A stretch of DNA of 63,896 bases, filler included, from Corallochytrium limacisporum Hawaii (GCA_002811645.1; 6 parts of 6 records of this genome joined end to end with filler, not necessarily neighbours in it); one strand, 5' to 3'. Numbered from the whole stretch's first letter, positions 11,901-24,014 are shown. Notes: generated from the letters alone by a model not told the origin. Program-made: numbers and translations.

Positions 11901-13892
11901 GTCCAACAGACGGCCTTGCCTTGGCACAATGTCCGAAATTTACATCGAGAACCCTCCTGTAGTATTAAAACTGACCGTATATAAATTTAATAGTTTCGTA
12001 ATCAATAGAACTCACCTTACTCAATACCCCGAATAATTGGCGGACTATAGAGACTTCATAAAGTAGACTTTCTATGCTCCAGTTCTGGACAAGATAGCGG
12101 TGTTGGCCCCCCACGATAGACGGACGCAGACAGGTCAAATAACAAGCCCCCTCCATCGCACACTTAAGTATGTACACAACCTCCTATGTACCTCAGAGCA
12201 TGTCCATAGAGGCTCCCATCAGAAACGACGCGTGCTTTCGTTGTATACCACGTACCGCTGATGGGATCAGTTGGCAAATGGCGGACCCCGGAATCTACAA
12301 TGCTTCTATGGATTCAGTACTTGCCTTCTCCCGCGCGGTAGCTGAAACAGGGTCAGCTGAACAGAAAAGGGAAGAAAATGAGAATAGGGTGACGGACGAC
12401 AGAAGCAAAGTGAAAGAAAGGAAGGAAATTTGTGGGCAGGAGACCCAACCTCTCCAGCTGTGTGCTACCCTCATTTGCCCGCGGTGGCAAAACCTTCCAA
12501 ATATGCACAAGAGAAGTTAACCTCCCTTCCCCGTTCGTACTCACTGAATTGGCTAAAAGCTAAGAGTGGGGGCGAGGATTACGGAAGCGAGGCCTATCCG
12601 CACGCAGTGCAAAACTATTGGCCAAAGTTGTTTGATGTGTAGTATTGTACACGACACACGCACACGTCAGTATCACCGGATGGCGGTCGTGGTCGGATCG
12701 TCAGTGCTATTCGTTTTGATTTCCATGGTCTCTAAAAGGCCAAAGAGGTAGTGCGGTTGTCTGATATTGTTTGGAATACCATCCGAATGAAACAATGCAC
12801 TTGGTAGCATACCTCTTTCTTTCGTTTGCGTTCCTCTCTATTTTCTTTCTTTGCCAGGTCAACAGCCCAGCCGTACTATCTAAGAGATTATGAGAATGGA
12901 CTATAGTTTTACCCCGATGGGAAGGAACGAGATGATCATACTGTTGAAATCATGGGGTTCGGCTTCGAACGTGCGTTTGCTTGTTTTAGGTCTGGACCCG
13001 GTGATGGATGGGTCAGAATACACGTATTTTCCGATCGGCTTATCTTTTTTACGCATTTGTAACGGTACAAAATCATGTTCAGATTTCTAACAAAAAGTCA
13101 AATTACCGCGCACATGAGGGACGGTACACCTGCCTTGGTGGACACAATTTACTTGCTGGACATGAACAGAAGCCAAAACCGTCCACGAGGGTGATCCAAT
13201 GTATGGTCTACGTTCGGTAAACATGCTCTCGTGGAAAATGTATTTGATTGCAACGTGGAAATCTGCACGTTGGATGATCAACATCATTTGTACATGTAAA
13301 AAAACTGTCTTTGGGCTCCGGCGCTGCCGGCGGGATTGATTCTGTAGTCTTTGGATTTAAACAACAACATTCTGCTTTTTGGTCGTGTATACTCTATGCA
13401 TCGTACCTGCTGTGAGCACATGCCTCACATCTGCTCAAGTGGATAATGTCAACGAAGAATCGGCCAATTTGAGAGAACAACTTGCCAAGTCACACATGGT
13501 GCGCAACATGGAAGGCCGTCCATGAGTCATCCCTGTCCCTGTGTCAGACAAATCAACAACAAACCCCTGTAGCTTCAAGACCGCGCGGGAGGTGCACGCG
13601 ACTGGTGCACTCAGCATCACTTCTGCTGCTGGTTTGTATGATCTATTTTTGGGAACCTTATTGCCATCCTATATCCTCTGATACTCCAGGTTCTACAGGC
13701 CTGGCAATTTTTCTGTACAACATGGCATGGGCAGCATGCCACTCAGCACAATTTGGCTTGGGGTCGAAAAGGGCAAGTTTTTGTGGCCACGGAAAGGGGA
13801 TCCAACCGCATTGGGGCTCGTCCATACTTTGTGTATGGGCACACTCGTAAAACTGGGAGAGTCAGCACAATGGCGGACACACAAGAATAGAA

Positions 13893-13980
13893 ATCTCTCT
13901 TTCTCTCTCTCTCTCTCTCTCCCCGCGGCTCTGTCTCTCTCGCTCATTCTCTCTCTCTCTCCCCGCGGCTCTCTCGCTCT
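13893..13980. repeat. (CT)n microsatellite with a 40-nt-period duplication
   Basis: ctctctctctccccgcggctct occurs at 13911 and 13951 within CT runs. Confidence 0.8.
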
Positions 13981-15692
13981 TCCCACAGGAGCCCCCCCCT
14001 CCTGGGCGATACACAGTCATTAACGGCCCGAGTTCCACGAAAGGAAAGAAAAAACGACGTGTGTCGTCCTCAATAGGGGGCGCTAGAGATAAGAATCCAA
14101 AAGGCTCATTCGCGATTGCTATCACACCGCACGGGCACTTTCTTTTTTATTTCCCGTACAAACGTAGGGCGCTATAATTTCCGTACGTGACCCCAATGGA
14201 ATGTTCCGAACCAAGCAACAAGGAAACTAGGTACACACGCTACCTCTCTCTCTTGTGTGGATGGTTCACACGCCAACACACACCATACAAACGAATACCT
14301 TATTGCTCACATCACCGTGAGCGCATCCATCATCAGGCCCAGTGGACATTCACGAACATTGCTCGCATCGGCACTGGATGTGTACCATCAAACATCACCC
14401 GCCTCCAGCTTCCTCACTACATTTTGCCTTGTTGTTGCGAAGATCGGCAAGTTGCATCAACGGACCAATCGCTGCAGTTCACGCACTCCGCCCCACCAGT
14501 CAAAATGTTGCGGAGGAAAGGAAAATCTGAACATGATGAGACCTGTACGAGGTAAAGTCACATACTATATCAATCAGGAAATTTCAGAAACCAAATACCA
14601 ACCTCGAGGGGCAGCACGAAAACGAAACACAAGGCAGGCAGCAGAAACTTTGACCGAATGGTCGGACGGAATGTTTGGGGAACATTTGAATGGAAAAAGA
14701 CAAAGATTGGAAAGAGCGGTGAAAACGTTATGGGCTGATCGCCTCTTGGCTATCGACGCTGCGGCTGGTCTTGGGGCGGCCGTGTCTCATGTCCGGTCTC
14801 GCGCCCTGCCCTTCGACTCTCCAATGTTCGCGTACCTTCACTGTCGAAGGACCGGAAAGCGAAAGGCGGATCCATCTCCGCACTTTCTTTGCCGGGTATC
14901 CTCGTTTCTACCCGTCCCCTTTTTCTTCCCGCGATAGGATGCATGGTGAACGAACCGGCACACCAGTCACCCGAGACCTCACCGACGAGGAGAGGGGGAG
15001 ATGGAAGCGGGAGACCGAGAGACCGAGCGAGAGTTGAACGAGAAATACCGAAACGGAAAGAAGAAAAAGGAATAGTTCGAGAAAATCATAAAGAACCAAA
15101 CTGCAATAGGAATGTTTGAAGCACAGGACACCCATGAGCAGAAAAAGGCAAGTTTTTGATTTCCTTGCGCGTTACGCCCTACCTTGCCCTCTACCCATGC
15201 GCGAATCGAACCGGTACCCCCCGCACGGAACCCAGTTGGCATCTCATACTGAATACATTGACCACGCAAAGGGAAACGAAACGACCGGTCTAATGATCCG
15301 GTCCTCACCTCCAGCCCTATGAGACCGCGCGGACGCGCGTAATGCTTAACCCCCCCCCCCCAAAAAAAACAAAAGAATGGAAGAGGAAAACGATTATCTA
15401 AACTGAGTATCAGATCCATGGACCCCCACCAACCATCTCCCCCAGGTCTCACACCCCCGACCCGGGGGAGAAAGATGTCAAGGAATTCAGTACGGAGATT
15501 GATGAACGGTCGATTACACCGGACCCCACTGCGCGGGCGTGTGAGGCGGTGGAGTGTCGGAAGCCCCAAAGAGAGAGAGAGACTCTGGGTAAGAATAAAA
15601 AGAAAAATCAAAAGAACGGTGTGGGGGGAGGCGGCGGTGGTAAGCCGGGGCTGGGAAAGAGAGAGTGGGGGGGGGGGGTTGGTGCGTGACCA

Positions 15693-15792
15693 NNNNNNNN
15701 NNNNNNNNNNNNNNNNNNNNNNNNNNNNNNNNNNNNTTAATTAATTAANNNNNNNNNNNNNNNNNNNNNNNNNNNNNNNNNNNNNNNNNNNN
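15693..15792. other. Artificial scaffold spacer N44-TTAATTAATTAA-N44 (also at 22250-22349, 45394-45493, 49039-49138, 60647-60746)
   Basis: Five identical 100-nt structures. The 12-mer gives stop codons in all six frames. Confidence 0.97.
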
Positions 15793-17008
15793 GGGGGGGC
15801 CGAAGAGCGGTGGGCCACACTGGTCACGCAATCCGCCAAAGGCACACAAGAGCGAACTCACCCCTTTTCTAATAGAACCCCCCAAGAAAATAACCAAAAA
15901 GGAGAAATAGAAAGGGAGGAGCAGGGGACCAAAACAGCCAAAGAATCAATGGAAACCCCGACGATAGATACGTAGAAAGAACTCCTTGTAGTACATTGAG
16001 TATGGGGAAATATAAACTGCTCTGGAGCCCTGGTTCTCGCTGAGACTGTCTTTTTGGCCCGTCGGGCAGGGGAAGGGAAGGGGGGAGGGGAACACACGCC
16101 ACGGGGCAAGGGCCAAGGGGAACGAGGAACAGGAGGGAGAGAGAGATGGGAATTTCGCGGACAAAGTGGGAGGGGCTGTTGAACATTTAGTACCGCGGAC
16201 TGCGCCGGCCCAGGAGGAGGGGAAGGGAAGAGGAGAGGAGAGCACCCCCCGGCCCTCCCGGGGGGGAGGGGGGGCAGCGCCACGGATGCTTGAGCTTCTG
16301 GAGAGTATGTGCGCGTGTATCCGGCTTGGTGCCCGTGCCCGTCGTCTCCCGCCACAGGTGAGATCTCCGTTGTGTTTGTTTCAAGCCAGGGTTAATGCGC
16401 CTCTATCTCCATGTACGGCGTCTTTGCACAGGAAGTGTGACAGCAAATGTAGGGGTATGTCTTTGGCACGGATGGATGTTTCATTTGTGGCAGCTCCAGC
16501 GTTTCGTATGTTGCGAGTTTATGCCCTTTCTTGCGGAACTCGATCTCCCTCATTGTGGATGAACTTGTCTCGTTTTGTTAACCTGTATTGACCTGGGCAC
16601 ATAAATTGTTGTCGATAACCAGGGGGGAAAAGAAGTACGGCTTTCCGGTGCAGTGGGTCCCATGGAAGACAGGGGACAGCCGCGGGCTTCGTTGCCAAAT
16701 GAGGTGGCTCAGCATTTAGACTGATGGTTGCATCCTTTATGTGGAATTGTTGACTCCACGTCTTGGTGTTTATGTCGACTGTCCTATTTCAGAAAGTCTG
16801 CGACACCCCACTTCCTCTGGCCTACAACAAACAAGAAACAATGGGTCCACGGTTGGAGTTTTCAGTGTATAGTACACCGAAGGACACACTTGTGGACAGG
16901 GATCCAGGCAAAGTAATTGCACATCACCCACGGCACCAAGCACACTGACAAGGAAGAACAATGAAAGTGTAGCAGGCACGAGGCTCTGTTATAGACCACG
17001 CAAGTACT

Positions 17009-18220
17009 ATGGTAGTGGCAGCATACATTGGGCTAGCCATTGGTGCCTTTGTCCTGTTGGCGATTATTGCTATCGTGGGGCACCGAGCATATCACAAATG
17101 GCTTGATCGACACACTATTGTAACACAAACGAGAGGGATCTCTCGACGTAAGGGATACGGAGGCGGACACCGGCCTGCTAAAGTGCACACCAAACGGAAA
17201 GCAATCGACTCCAAGGGCAAAACATGGAGCGATATAGTGTCACGGCTCCACGGACACGCCCCCAAAAAGGGCTACGTGATCACCATGGATGAATATGAGC
17301 AGCGACTGGAGGACATGGAGCGCATGGAAGCTAAGGTCGGGACGACGGTGGAACAAAACAAGGAAACATCGCGGGGTTCGGAGGATGGCGCAGAGGAATT
17401 TCCCACGGATGCACTAGTAGTTGTCGTGGAAGACACTCGCAAGATACCTAAAGAGCAGCAGGCATCACAGAATAAGGAAGTAGAGAACGCAGTTGCGACC
17501 AACGGGACAACAATAGAGGACAAGCCGACCGTCGCCATCACCAAGAATGCAGAAGGGGCACCGAACGAACACACGAACGAAGGAGTTAGCGAGAATGCCA
17601 GTTTCGACGCAGGCATCGACGATGGGGGCTCTCTTGCCGCAGAGCGGCACTCCCAGTCACCGCATGAGCAGAGTCCGCTGCCAGCACAAAGACCAACTGA
17701 CGAGCAGCTCATGGCTCGCCGCGATGGTAAGCCCTACTACCTCACCACCGGCGCCACTGTCCTTGATGGGCGCATCATTGACGCAGAGGACACGGCCCTC
17801 GACTACGCCGGATTAGACGAAGAAGACGATCCACTATCGGAGCACGAACCGGACGTCATTGTCCATCGTCCATCGCTAGAGGGTGCGGCAGAGATGGAGC
17901 CTGCCGGGATCGCGAACAATTGTGTGGCTCCCACCGCCCACAGCATAAGTGGCCAGGTCCAGGTGCTTGACTCTCTGATGGCGCCCGTGAATAAATCGGT
18001 TGCTTCGCTGAGGCGCACCGGATCGCACGGCAGCGGTAGTCACAGCAGTAACAGCCGCCGTGGCGCACTGAAACTAAGTCCCAGAGCACACAACGCGAAC
18101 ACTGCCGCAGGCGGCAGTTTCAACGCGTCGGATGTCGACGACTGCCCCGATAGTGATGTCAGCTCGCAGCTGTCGACCGTGTCCTTCTCGGAGCAGAAGA
18201 TGAGGTGCGCATCCACGTAG
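17009..18220 (+). CDS. Hypothetical single-pass membrane protein (N-terminal anchor, long acidic/Ser-rich disordered tail)
   Basis: 403-aa ATG ORF. Hydrophobic AAYIGLAIGAFVLLAIIAIVG followed by a basic segment; the rest is polar. No domain recognised. Confidence 0.75.
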   Translation: MVVAAYIGLAIGAFVLLAIIAIVGHRAYHKWLDRHTIVTQTRGISRRKGYGGGHRPAKVHTKRKAIDSKGKTWSDIVSRLHGHAPKKGYVITMDEYEQRLEDMERMEAKVGTTVEQNKETSRGSEDGAEEFPTDALVVVVEDTRKIPKEQQASQNKEVENAVATNGTTIEDKPTVAITKNAEGAPNEHTNEGVSENASFDAGIDDGGSLAAERHSQSPHEQSPLPAQRPTDEQLMARRDGKPYYLTTGATVLDGRIIDAEDTALDYAGLDEEDDPLSEHEPDVIVHRPSLEGAAEMEPAGIANNCVAPTAHSISGQVQVLDSLMAPVNKSVASLRRTGSHGSGSHSSNSRRGALKLSPRAHNANTAAGGSFNASDVDDCPDSDVSSQLSTVSFSEQKMRCAST

Positions 18221-18643
18221 ATCGACAAGGCAGGAATGTTCCGGACTCTCCCCTGGTGGTAACCAGAGCGCCGGAGCATGCCAAACTAACGGATGCTTAT
18301 CCGGAACTGAAGAAATGATGAAGAATTGAAAGGTAGTTAACCTGTAAAGACATCTGTGATCTGACCATACAATGCCGTGACATGAGCGGGGTTGCTTGCC
18401 GTTTTGTATTGGGCACATGTACTTGGAAGTCGGAACATTGTGTGCAAAACCGATGATGGGAAGCTACCCGAACTACGCGGGGAGAGGAGCAAGAGGACGA
18501 TACGGTCAGTGCGTCGCAAAAACAAGGAGAGCAATGAAACGTGTTGAAAATGTGTAAATCGGTAGTGCTATATGGGGAAATCTTTATAGTTGTTCTTGTT
18601 GGGGGTGATGTTATGTTATGGATAAGTGCGGCAGGTAGTGACC

Positions 18644-21475
18644 TCACACCAGTGCGCTCGAGCTCTCCGGGACTCCCATGGACTCAATGTGCCTACTGAC
18701 TCCGGTGGAGCGGCGCCCATCACTACTGCTCGGGCTAGCGGTGAATGACTCTGAGCTTGCCGACTTCTTGTTGCGCTTCTTCACGTACACACCGGCGACT
18801 ACGGCAGCGATGACCACAGCACCACCACACGCAGCAACGGCCGCAATGGCAGCTGTGCTTAGGCCACCATCGGAACTACTAGAGCCCTCGGTGTCGCCGG
18901 TGTCGCCAGTATTCGACGGGGATTCAATTGGCAGGGAGTCGCTTTCCAGGGCGGAGTATTCGAGTGTGTAGCCAGCATCACCAACGGCCTCATTGGCGGC
19001 CAGACGATTGTACACCGCCTCAGTGTTGGTCTGGGCAGTGTCCGCGTCGCTTGCACCCATAAAGAATTCAGTTCGTACCTGGTTGAAGATTTCCTGCTGA
19101 GCAGCGACAGTGTTCTCATCATTATTAGAATTGGAGGCCGTAGCAGCAGTAATGATGACAGAAGAGGGGTCCTCGCCAGCCATTTCAAACATTTTCTGAA
19201 GCTCGTTGACCGCCGCGGACACTGCACCATCTTCAGTGGTTGAGAAGGATTTGGTCACCTTGATGGTGGACGCCGGACGTGGGTACTCGTCAGAGTTGGA
19301 CGCGGTAGTACAGGCGCCGGAGTTGCAATCAACAGAACGGCTGCGTTCCTCCACGCTGGGGCAGAGAGTTCCAAACACGGTTCCTTCCACCAAGATTTCT
19401 TGGGTTTCAATTTGTGTGCATTCCGTGGAGCAGATATCGGCGGGGATGTGATCACCGAGTACACACTCAACGGGACCGGGGCACGGCGCATCCTGACAAT
19501 TTTCGTAGTCAGAGCGCTCTTCGAGTGAGGGGCACTCGGCGCCACCATTAAGTGGCTCCTCTAGAATCTCCTTGACACGGGAGCGACGGCACGTTTCGGT
19601 GCAGTCACCCCACTCACCGTATTCCGTATCAACAACACAGTCCCGGGGACACAAGCCTTCACCGGCATCGCACTCACGGATCTGCTCGTAGTTGCCATCT
19701 TTGATCAGGGTAGCAGGGTCCACCTCGGTGTCGTCCTCGGCGGCGTCATCATTCTGGCGGCGGCGACGTCTCCGCTGGGCAGGAACGTCGTCATCCTGCT
19801 CCGGGCACTCTTCTCCGCCTTCGGTTGGTTCGCTTACGATTCTGCGGGTGCGAGAAGACGTACAGGTACTGTCGCACGCGGACCAGACGGACCACTCAGA
19901 CAGGACGCAATCGGCGGGACACAGACCTTGGCCAGCCTCGCAGACTTCCTCGCTGGTCTCTTCCAATTCCGGGCATTGTAGAGGTCCCTCGGGTTCCTGT
20001 GTGACGGTTCGATTGCGGATTCCGACGCACTGTTCGTTACATTCCCACTCGGACCATTCGGATACCTCGCAAGAACGGGGTTCACCGGAGCAAATGGCAC
20101 CAGAGCAACTGTCGCCCGCGCGTGCAAAGATCTTAAGCGAGCTCTGGGGGCTGATGTAGTACCAGCGGGTGAAATCCGGACCGTGCCAGTAGCTCTGGCT
20201 GGGCTCAGGAAGGGTGCCAGTGGCCAAAGGTAGGTAGTCAAGACCGGTGACTGGCACGAGGCACTCCTTTTCACGTGAGAAGATGTAGAATCCCTTGAAG
20301 CTCCCGTCAGCGTTATACTCCGTGGTAGCTCCAATACCGCAGTCAATACGCGCCTCCCGGCTGTAAAGGTTGTCGTCAATATAATAGTCGCCATAAGCGC
20401 CGATGGCGCACACGCAGGTTCCCTTGTTTTCTCCACCGGGGCATGTGCAGCCTCCTGGGGCAACAGGGAAGCTTGTGTCGGCTGCAAATGCATTCATGTT
20501 GGTGGTGAAACGACCGCCACCGCCCGTACAGAAGAAGCTTAACTGGGTGCACAGTTCGGAGCGGATCTCAGGGAACTTCTGCCAATTTACGACCTGGTTA
20601 AAATTATGGGTACGTCTGGCACCGGGCCAGTAAGGTCCCATGGCCCAGTCAGCCATATACAACACGGCGTAAATGGCAGCGCGCTTCCAGAAGCCCGCCT
20701 CAATGTGCAATGCCATGGCCATGGGACCACCAGTTGTCTTGTGATACCCCAGGACTGTCTTGCCCCCGCTGACGAGAATAGGAGTGTCCGCCGGGCCAGG
20801 AAATACCGGCTGGTTAGTCTGAACACCGGTCTCAGCAAAGTTATAGCCAACCCATTCATTGATGATCGTAGAGAAATTGTGGAGCTGTGGGGTTGAGACC
20901 ACAGCACCGGCCTCAGCACCGGACAGCCTACCGGCTGCCGTGGCGCCGTCAAAGTAGTCCAGGCTGTCAGGACTCATCCAGATGAGCTTAATCTTGTCAT
21001 TTCCGTACTTATTGATGTAGTCAAAAATAGCCTGAAATTCGTCCGGACGCATGATCTGGCGGAGAGCTCCAAACCCTTCCTGCTGACCGAAGAGGGTGGA
21101 CGTGATCACGATAACGCTGTAGCGGGCATGGCCATCGGAATTCTCAAGGTCAGTCGCAAAGTTAAAGTCAATAGAGGAGTACCAGGGAACAAAGCAGCAA
21201 GTGGGCTCCCCATACTGGTCGCCAATACTCTGGGCGGGGTCTTCGCGCTGAATGTACCGACGGTCGTCGTTGTATGTGTTCCGCTGCCCAATAACAGCCA
21301 CCTCGTAAGGGAAACCAGCCCACTCAAAAATAAACTGGATGGCTTCTGGCACTGGATAGTGCAAATACCTGTCGTTGGTCTTAGTGTCCTTTTTGATGAT
21401 CAGCGCACGAGAGTCAACGCCCATACCGAGGGCCATATTGACCATGGCGAAGAGGAGAACAAATGGGTAAATCAT
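18644..21475 (-). CDS. Type I membrane protein: signal peptide, Agd3 N-terminal (CBM87-like) region, Cys-rich region, four spondin-type TSP1 repeats, stalk, TM helix, short tail
   Basis: 943-aa ORF. Signal MIYPFVLLFAMVNMALG. N-terminal ALII..AGFPYEV..RYSVIVIT..DEFQAIFDYINKYG..KLIW and DWAMG..PGARR...NQV recall the Agd3 N-terminus. TSRs CEVSEWSEW, CVLSEWSVWSAC, CVV..YGEWGDC, CVLG. TM GLSTAAIAAVAACGGAVVIAAVVAGVYV followed by KKRNKK. Confidence 0.85.
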   Translation of the reverse strand: MIYPFVLLFAMVNMALGMGVDSRALIIKKDTKTNDRYLHYPVPEAIQFIFEWAGFPYEVAVIGQRNTYNDDRRYIQREDPAQSIGDQYGEPTCCFVPWYSSIDFNFATDLENSDGHARYSVIVITSTLFGQQEGFGALRQIMRPDEFQAIFDYINKYGNDKIKLIWMSPDSLDYFDGATAAGRLSGAEAGAVVSTPQLHNFSTIINEWVGYNFAETGVQTNQPVFPGPADTPILVSGGKTVLGYHKTTGGPMAMALHIEAGFWKRAAIYAVLYMADWAMGPYWPGARRTHNFNQVVNWQKFPEIRSELCTQLSFFCTGGGGRFTTNMNAFAADTSFPVAPGGCTCPGGENKGTCVCAIGAYGDYYIDDNLYSREARIDCGIGATTEYNADGSFKGFYIFSREKECLVPVTGLDYLPLATGTLPEPSQSYWHGPDFTRWYYISPQSSLKIFARAGDSCSGAICSGEPRSCEVSEWSEWECNEQCVGIRNRTVTQEPEGPLQCPELEETSEEVCEAGQGLCPADCVLSEWSVWSACDSTCTSSRTRRIVSEPTEGGEECPEQDDDVPAQRRRRRRQNDDAAEDDTEVDPATLIKDGNYEQIRECDAGEGLCPRDCVVDTEYGEWGDCTETCRRSRVKEILEEPLNGGAECPSLEERSDYENCQDAPCPGPVECVLGDHIPADICSTECTQIETQEILVEGTVFGTLCPSVEERSRSVDCNSGACTTASNSDEYPRPASTIKVTKSFSTTEDGAVSAAVNELQKMFEMAGEDPSSVIITAATASNSNNDENTVAAQQEIFNQVRTEFFMGASDADTAQTNTEAVYNRLAANEAVGDAGYTLEYSALESDSLPIESPSNTGDTGDTEGSSSSDGGLSTAAIAAVAACGGAVVIAAVVAGVYVKKRNKKSASSESFTASPSSSDGRRSTGVSRHIESMGVPESSSALV

Positions 21476-22349
21476 GTTGGCTGTGTTCTCTTGGTCTCCT
21501 GGAGAAAAGTTTTGCTTATGACTCGCAAGACCCGAAAAATCTGTGGAGCTTGCGTTGCGTGTGAACTCCTTCGGTTTGTATGAACAAGATGGACCTGGGC
21601 TGGAAGTGTTGAGACCTGCTCAAGCGATGTCCAGGATTCCTGTGTTTGTTCCTTGCTCCTGGGAGGCGAGGTCTCAGAGGGTTCTGAAAAGACGTACCCT
21701 TGCATCTTTATGCTACCCTCCACCACAAAGTTGAGGGATCCCTGAACTACCTTGTTGCAAGCGCACTGAGAAGATGAACTATACTTAGTCTGAGTCTGTG
21801 CTCTTGCTAACGCGGCAAACGCGACAGTGATAAACGATTGTCTGTCTTGCTTGAAGATCCGGCTACGCTGCGGGAGATAGACCAGGCTTTCCTCGAGAAG
21901 AATGTCCTCGCCTCTCTCCAGATCTTCAGCGCACACTAGGTGCTACCTCAAATGGTTGTACGCTTAGCCAAATTGCATCAGAGGACACTGAACAAAGTGT
22001 CTCGTACGCAATATGTTCTCCAGCCACCAGAGCGCTCTCAACTGGCTCGCGTGTAAGCTTGGCATATGCGCAAGAGGCCCCGAAGGAGAAACAAAGAAAA
22101 AAACCCTAACAAAACTGATAGTGGGGAGGTCGAAATGAGAAAGTAGGGGGAGAAAAACAAGAAAAAAAGGGGGAAGGGGGGAAAAGCAAGGAATTCTCCA
22201 AATTTCCGGAGCGAGAGATGCCCTCATCTCTGTTTCCCTCCCTCCCCCCNNNNNNNNNNNNNNNNNNNNNNNNNNNNNNNNNNNNNNNNNNNNTTAATTA
22301 ATTAANNNNNNNNNNNNNNNNNNNNNNNNNNNNNNNNNNNNNNNNNNNN

Positions 22350-24014
22350 GACAACTTCCCCCTCGCCCAGGCTGCGCAGTCCAGCAGCTGGAAGGAGGGA
22401 TTCAATTGGTTCAGCCATACCATGACCCACCCCAATATGGGAGTGCTCAGTGATTCTGACTCCGAGATCGAGATTCTGTACAACAAACACATTGCTGAGG
22501 ACGTACTTGGTCTGCGCGGCTACAGCACCTGGTCCCCCAATTCGGTCCTGTGCGGTCAATACTCCGGCATGATGAACGGGGACGTTTTGACAGCAATGGA
22601 CCGCGTGGGAATAACCAATGCGCTGACTGATAATGCCAACCCTGAGCATAGCTACACTGAAACCACTCGCGCTAACTATGAGCCCTGGATCACCACTGTT
22701 GAGACAAATGGCTATGCTGGCTTCACTCTCATCCCGCGACACCCCACTTTTATTGTCTGGTACGCGGCCACACCGGCTGAGAATCTAGATTTTTGGACCC
22801 AGTGGGGTTACCACTTCGATACTATTGAGGACCTCGTCCAGTATGACCTGGTAAACGTATTAGGCCCCCCCATCATGTCTCTACGGCAGGATCCCTTGAT
22901 GTATCACCAGGCGAACTTGTACACGAACAACATCTCTGGTAAGACGGCCAGTCTTGTGTCTTTCCACGTTGATGGACTGACTCAGGCAATCCATGAGTAT
23001 CTGACCCTGCCCATCCGCTCCTTCAAGCAGGACGACGTGGCCAAAATTTTCCGTCGACGGGCTGCTCTCAACAAGTGCACCCCAGAGGTCATTTTGCAGC
23101 GCGCCGATGACGGCACTATCAACTACGTCCGTGTTCGCACCAGGGCAGACTGTTACGTTCCCATTGAGGGCGTCACCCTACCCACCGCTGTAAATGACGC
23201 ATCAGCAAACGCTGTGCTCTCTGACGACGGTGAGCGGGTACTGATCAATGCCAGTGCGGGCGCAATCTACGAATATGGCTCTACCGAGGGCAGTTCCGGC
23301 GGTGGCGGAGACAACGGCAGCGGTGACGATGACGCCTGCTCTTACAACGAATGGACTTTCAGCCACACCGGCGAAGAGTGTTGGTTCCAGCCAGGCCGGA
23401 CTGACTGTGCCCAGTGCATTGAGGGCGGCTGTCAGTGCGGCGCGGAAAATCATCAAGTCTGCGTGCAGTGCGGTGACAGCGATGCGTGCGGTGTCGTCCA
23501 AGCGTGCATCCCTGACGGTGGCGACAATGGTGGCGACAATGGTGGTGATAACGGAGGCGACAACGGAGGCGGTGACGATGACAGCTGCTCTTACAACGAA
23601 TGGACTCTCAGTCACACCGGTGACGAATGTTGGTTCCAGCCAGGCCGGACTGACTGTGCCCAGTGCATTGAGGGCGGCTGTCAGTGCGGCGCGGAAAATC
23701 ATCAAGTCTGCGTGCAGTGCGGTGACAGCGATGCGTGCGGTGTCGTCCAAGCGTGCATCCCTGACGGTGGCGACAATGGTGGCGACAATGGTGGTGATAA
23801 CGGAGGCGACAACGGAGGTGGTGACGATGGTGGCTGTTCTCATAACGAATGGACCCTTAACCACACTGGTGACGAATGTTGGTTTGATAAGAATTCCAGT
23901 GACTGCGCCGTGTGCAAAGAGGGTGGCTGCCAGTGCGGCGATGACAACCGGCATGCCTGCGTTGAATGTGGAAATGGCGACGCCTGTGCCACTACAGTAG
24001 CTTGTATTCCGTAA
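22350..24014 (+). CDS. agd3: Agd3/CE18-like polysaccharide de-N-acetylase, copy A (5' part lost in gap), with three C-terminal 10-Cys modules
   Basis: Frame is open from the gap edge (DNFPLAQ...FNWFSHTMTH). Agd3-type motifs HTxTH, GMMNGD, TDN, GYAGFTLIPRHPT, LRQDPLMYHQANL. Close paralogue of copy B. Confidence 0.82.
   Translation, partial: DNFPLAQAAQSSSWKEGFNWFSHTMTHPNMGVLSDSDSEIEILYNKHIAEDVLGLRGYSTWSPNSVLCGQYSGMMNGDVLTAMDRVGITNALTDNANPEHSYTETTRANYEPWITTVETNGYAGFTLIPRHPTFIVWYAATPAENLDFWTQWGYHFDTIEDLVQYDLVNVLGPPIMSLRQDPLMYHQANLYTNNISGKTASLVSFHVDGLTQAIHEYLTLPIRSFKQDDVAKIFRRRAALNKCTPEVILQRADDGTINYVRVRTRADCYVPIEGVTLPTAVNDASANAVLSDDGERVLINASAGAIYEYGSTEGSSGGGGDNGSGDDDACSYNEWTFSHTGEECWFQPGRTDCAQCIEGGCQCGAENHQVCVQCGDSDACGVVQACIPDGGDNGGDNGGDNGGDNGGGDDDSCSYNEWTLSHTGDECWFQPGRTDCAQCIEGGCQCGAENHQVCVQCGDSDACGVVQACIPDGGDNGGDNGGDNGGDNGGGDDGGCSHNEWTLNHTGDECWFDKNSSDCAVCKEGGCQCGDDNRHACVECGNGDACATTVACIP
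23337..24011 (+). repeat. Three 249-nt coding repeats: 10-Cys module plus (GGDN)n linker
   Basis: Modules start at 23337, 23586 and 23835. The first two are almost identical in DNA. Confidence 0.93.

Noticed and set aside
14257-14937. 226-aa ORF
   Set aside because: No domain, atypical composition and several overlapping ORFs of similar quality.
15737-15748. Palindromic TTAATTAATTAA repeated five times
   Set aside because: Always centred in N44...N44, so it is an artificial six-frame-stop scaffold spacer and not biological.
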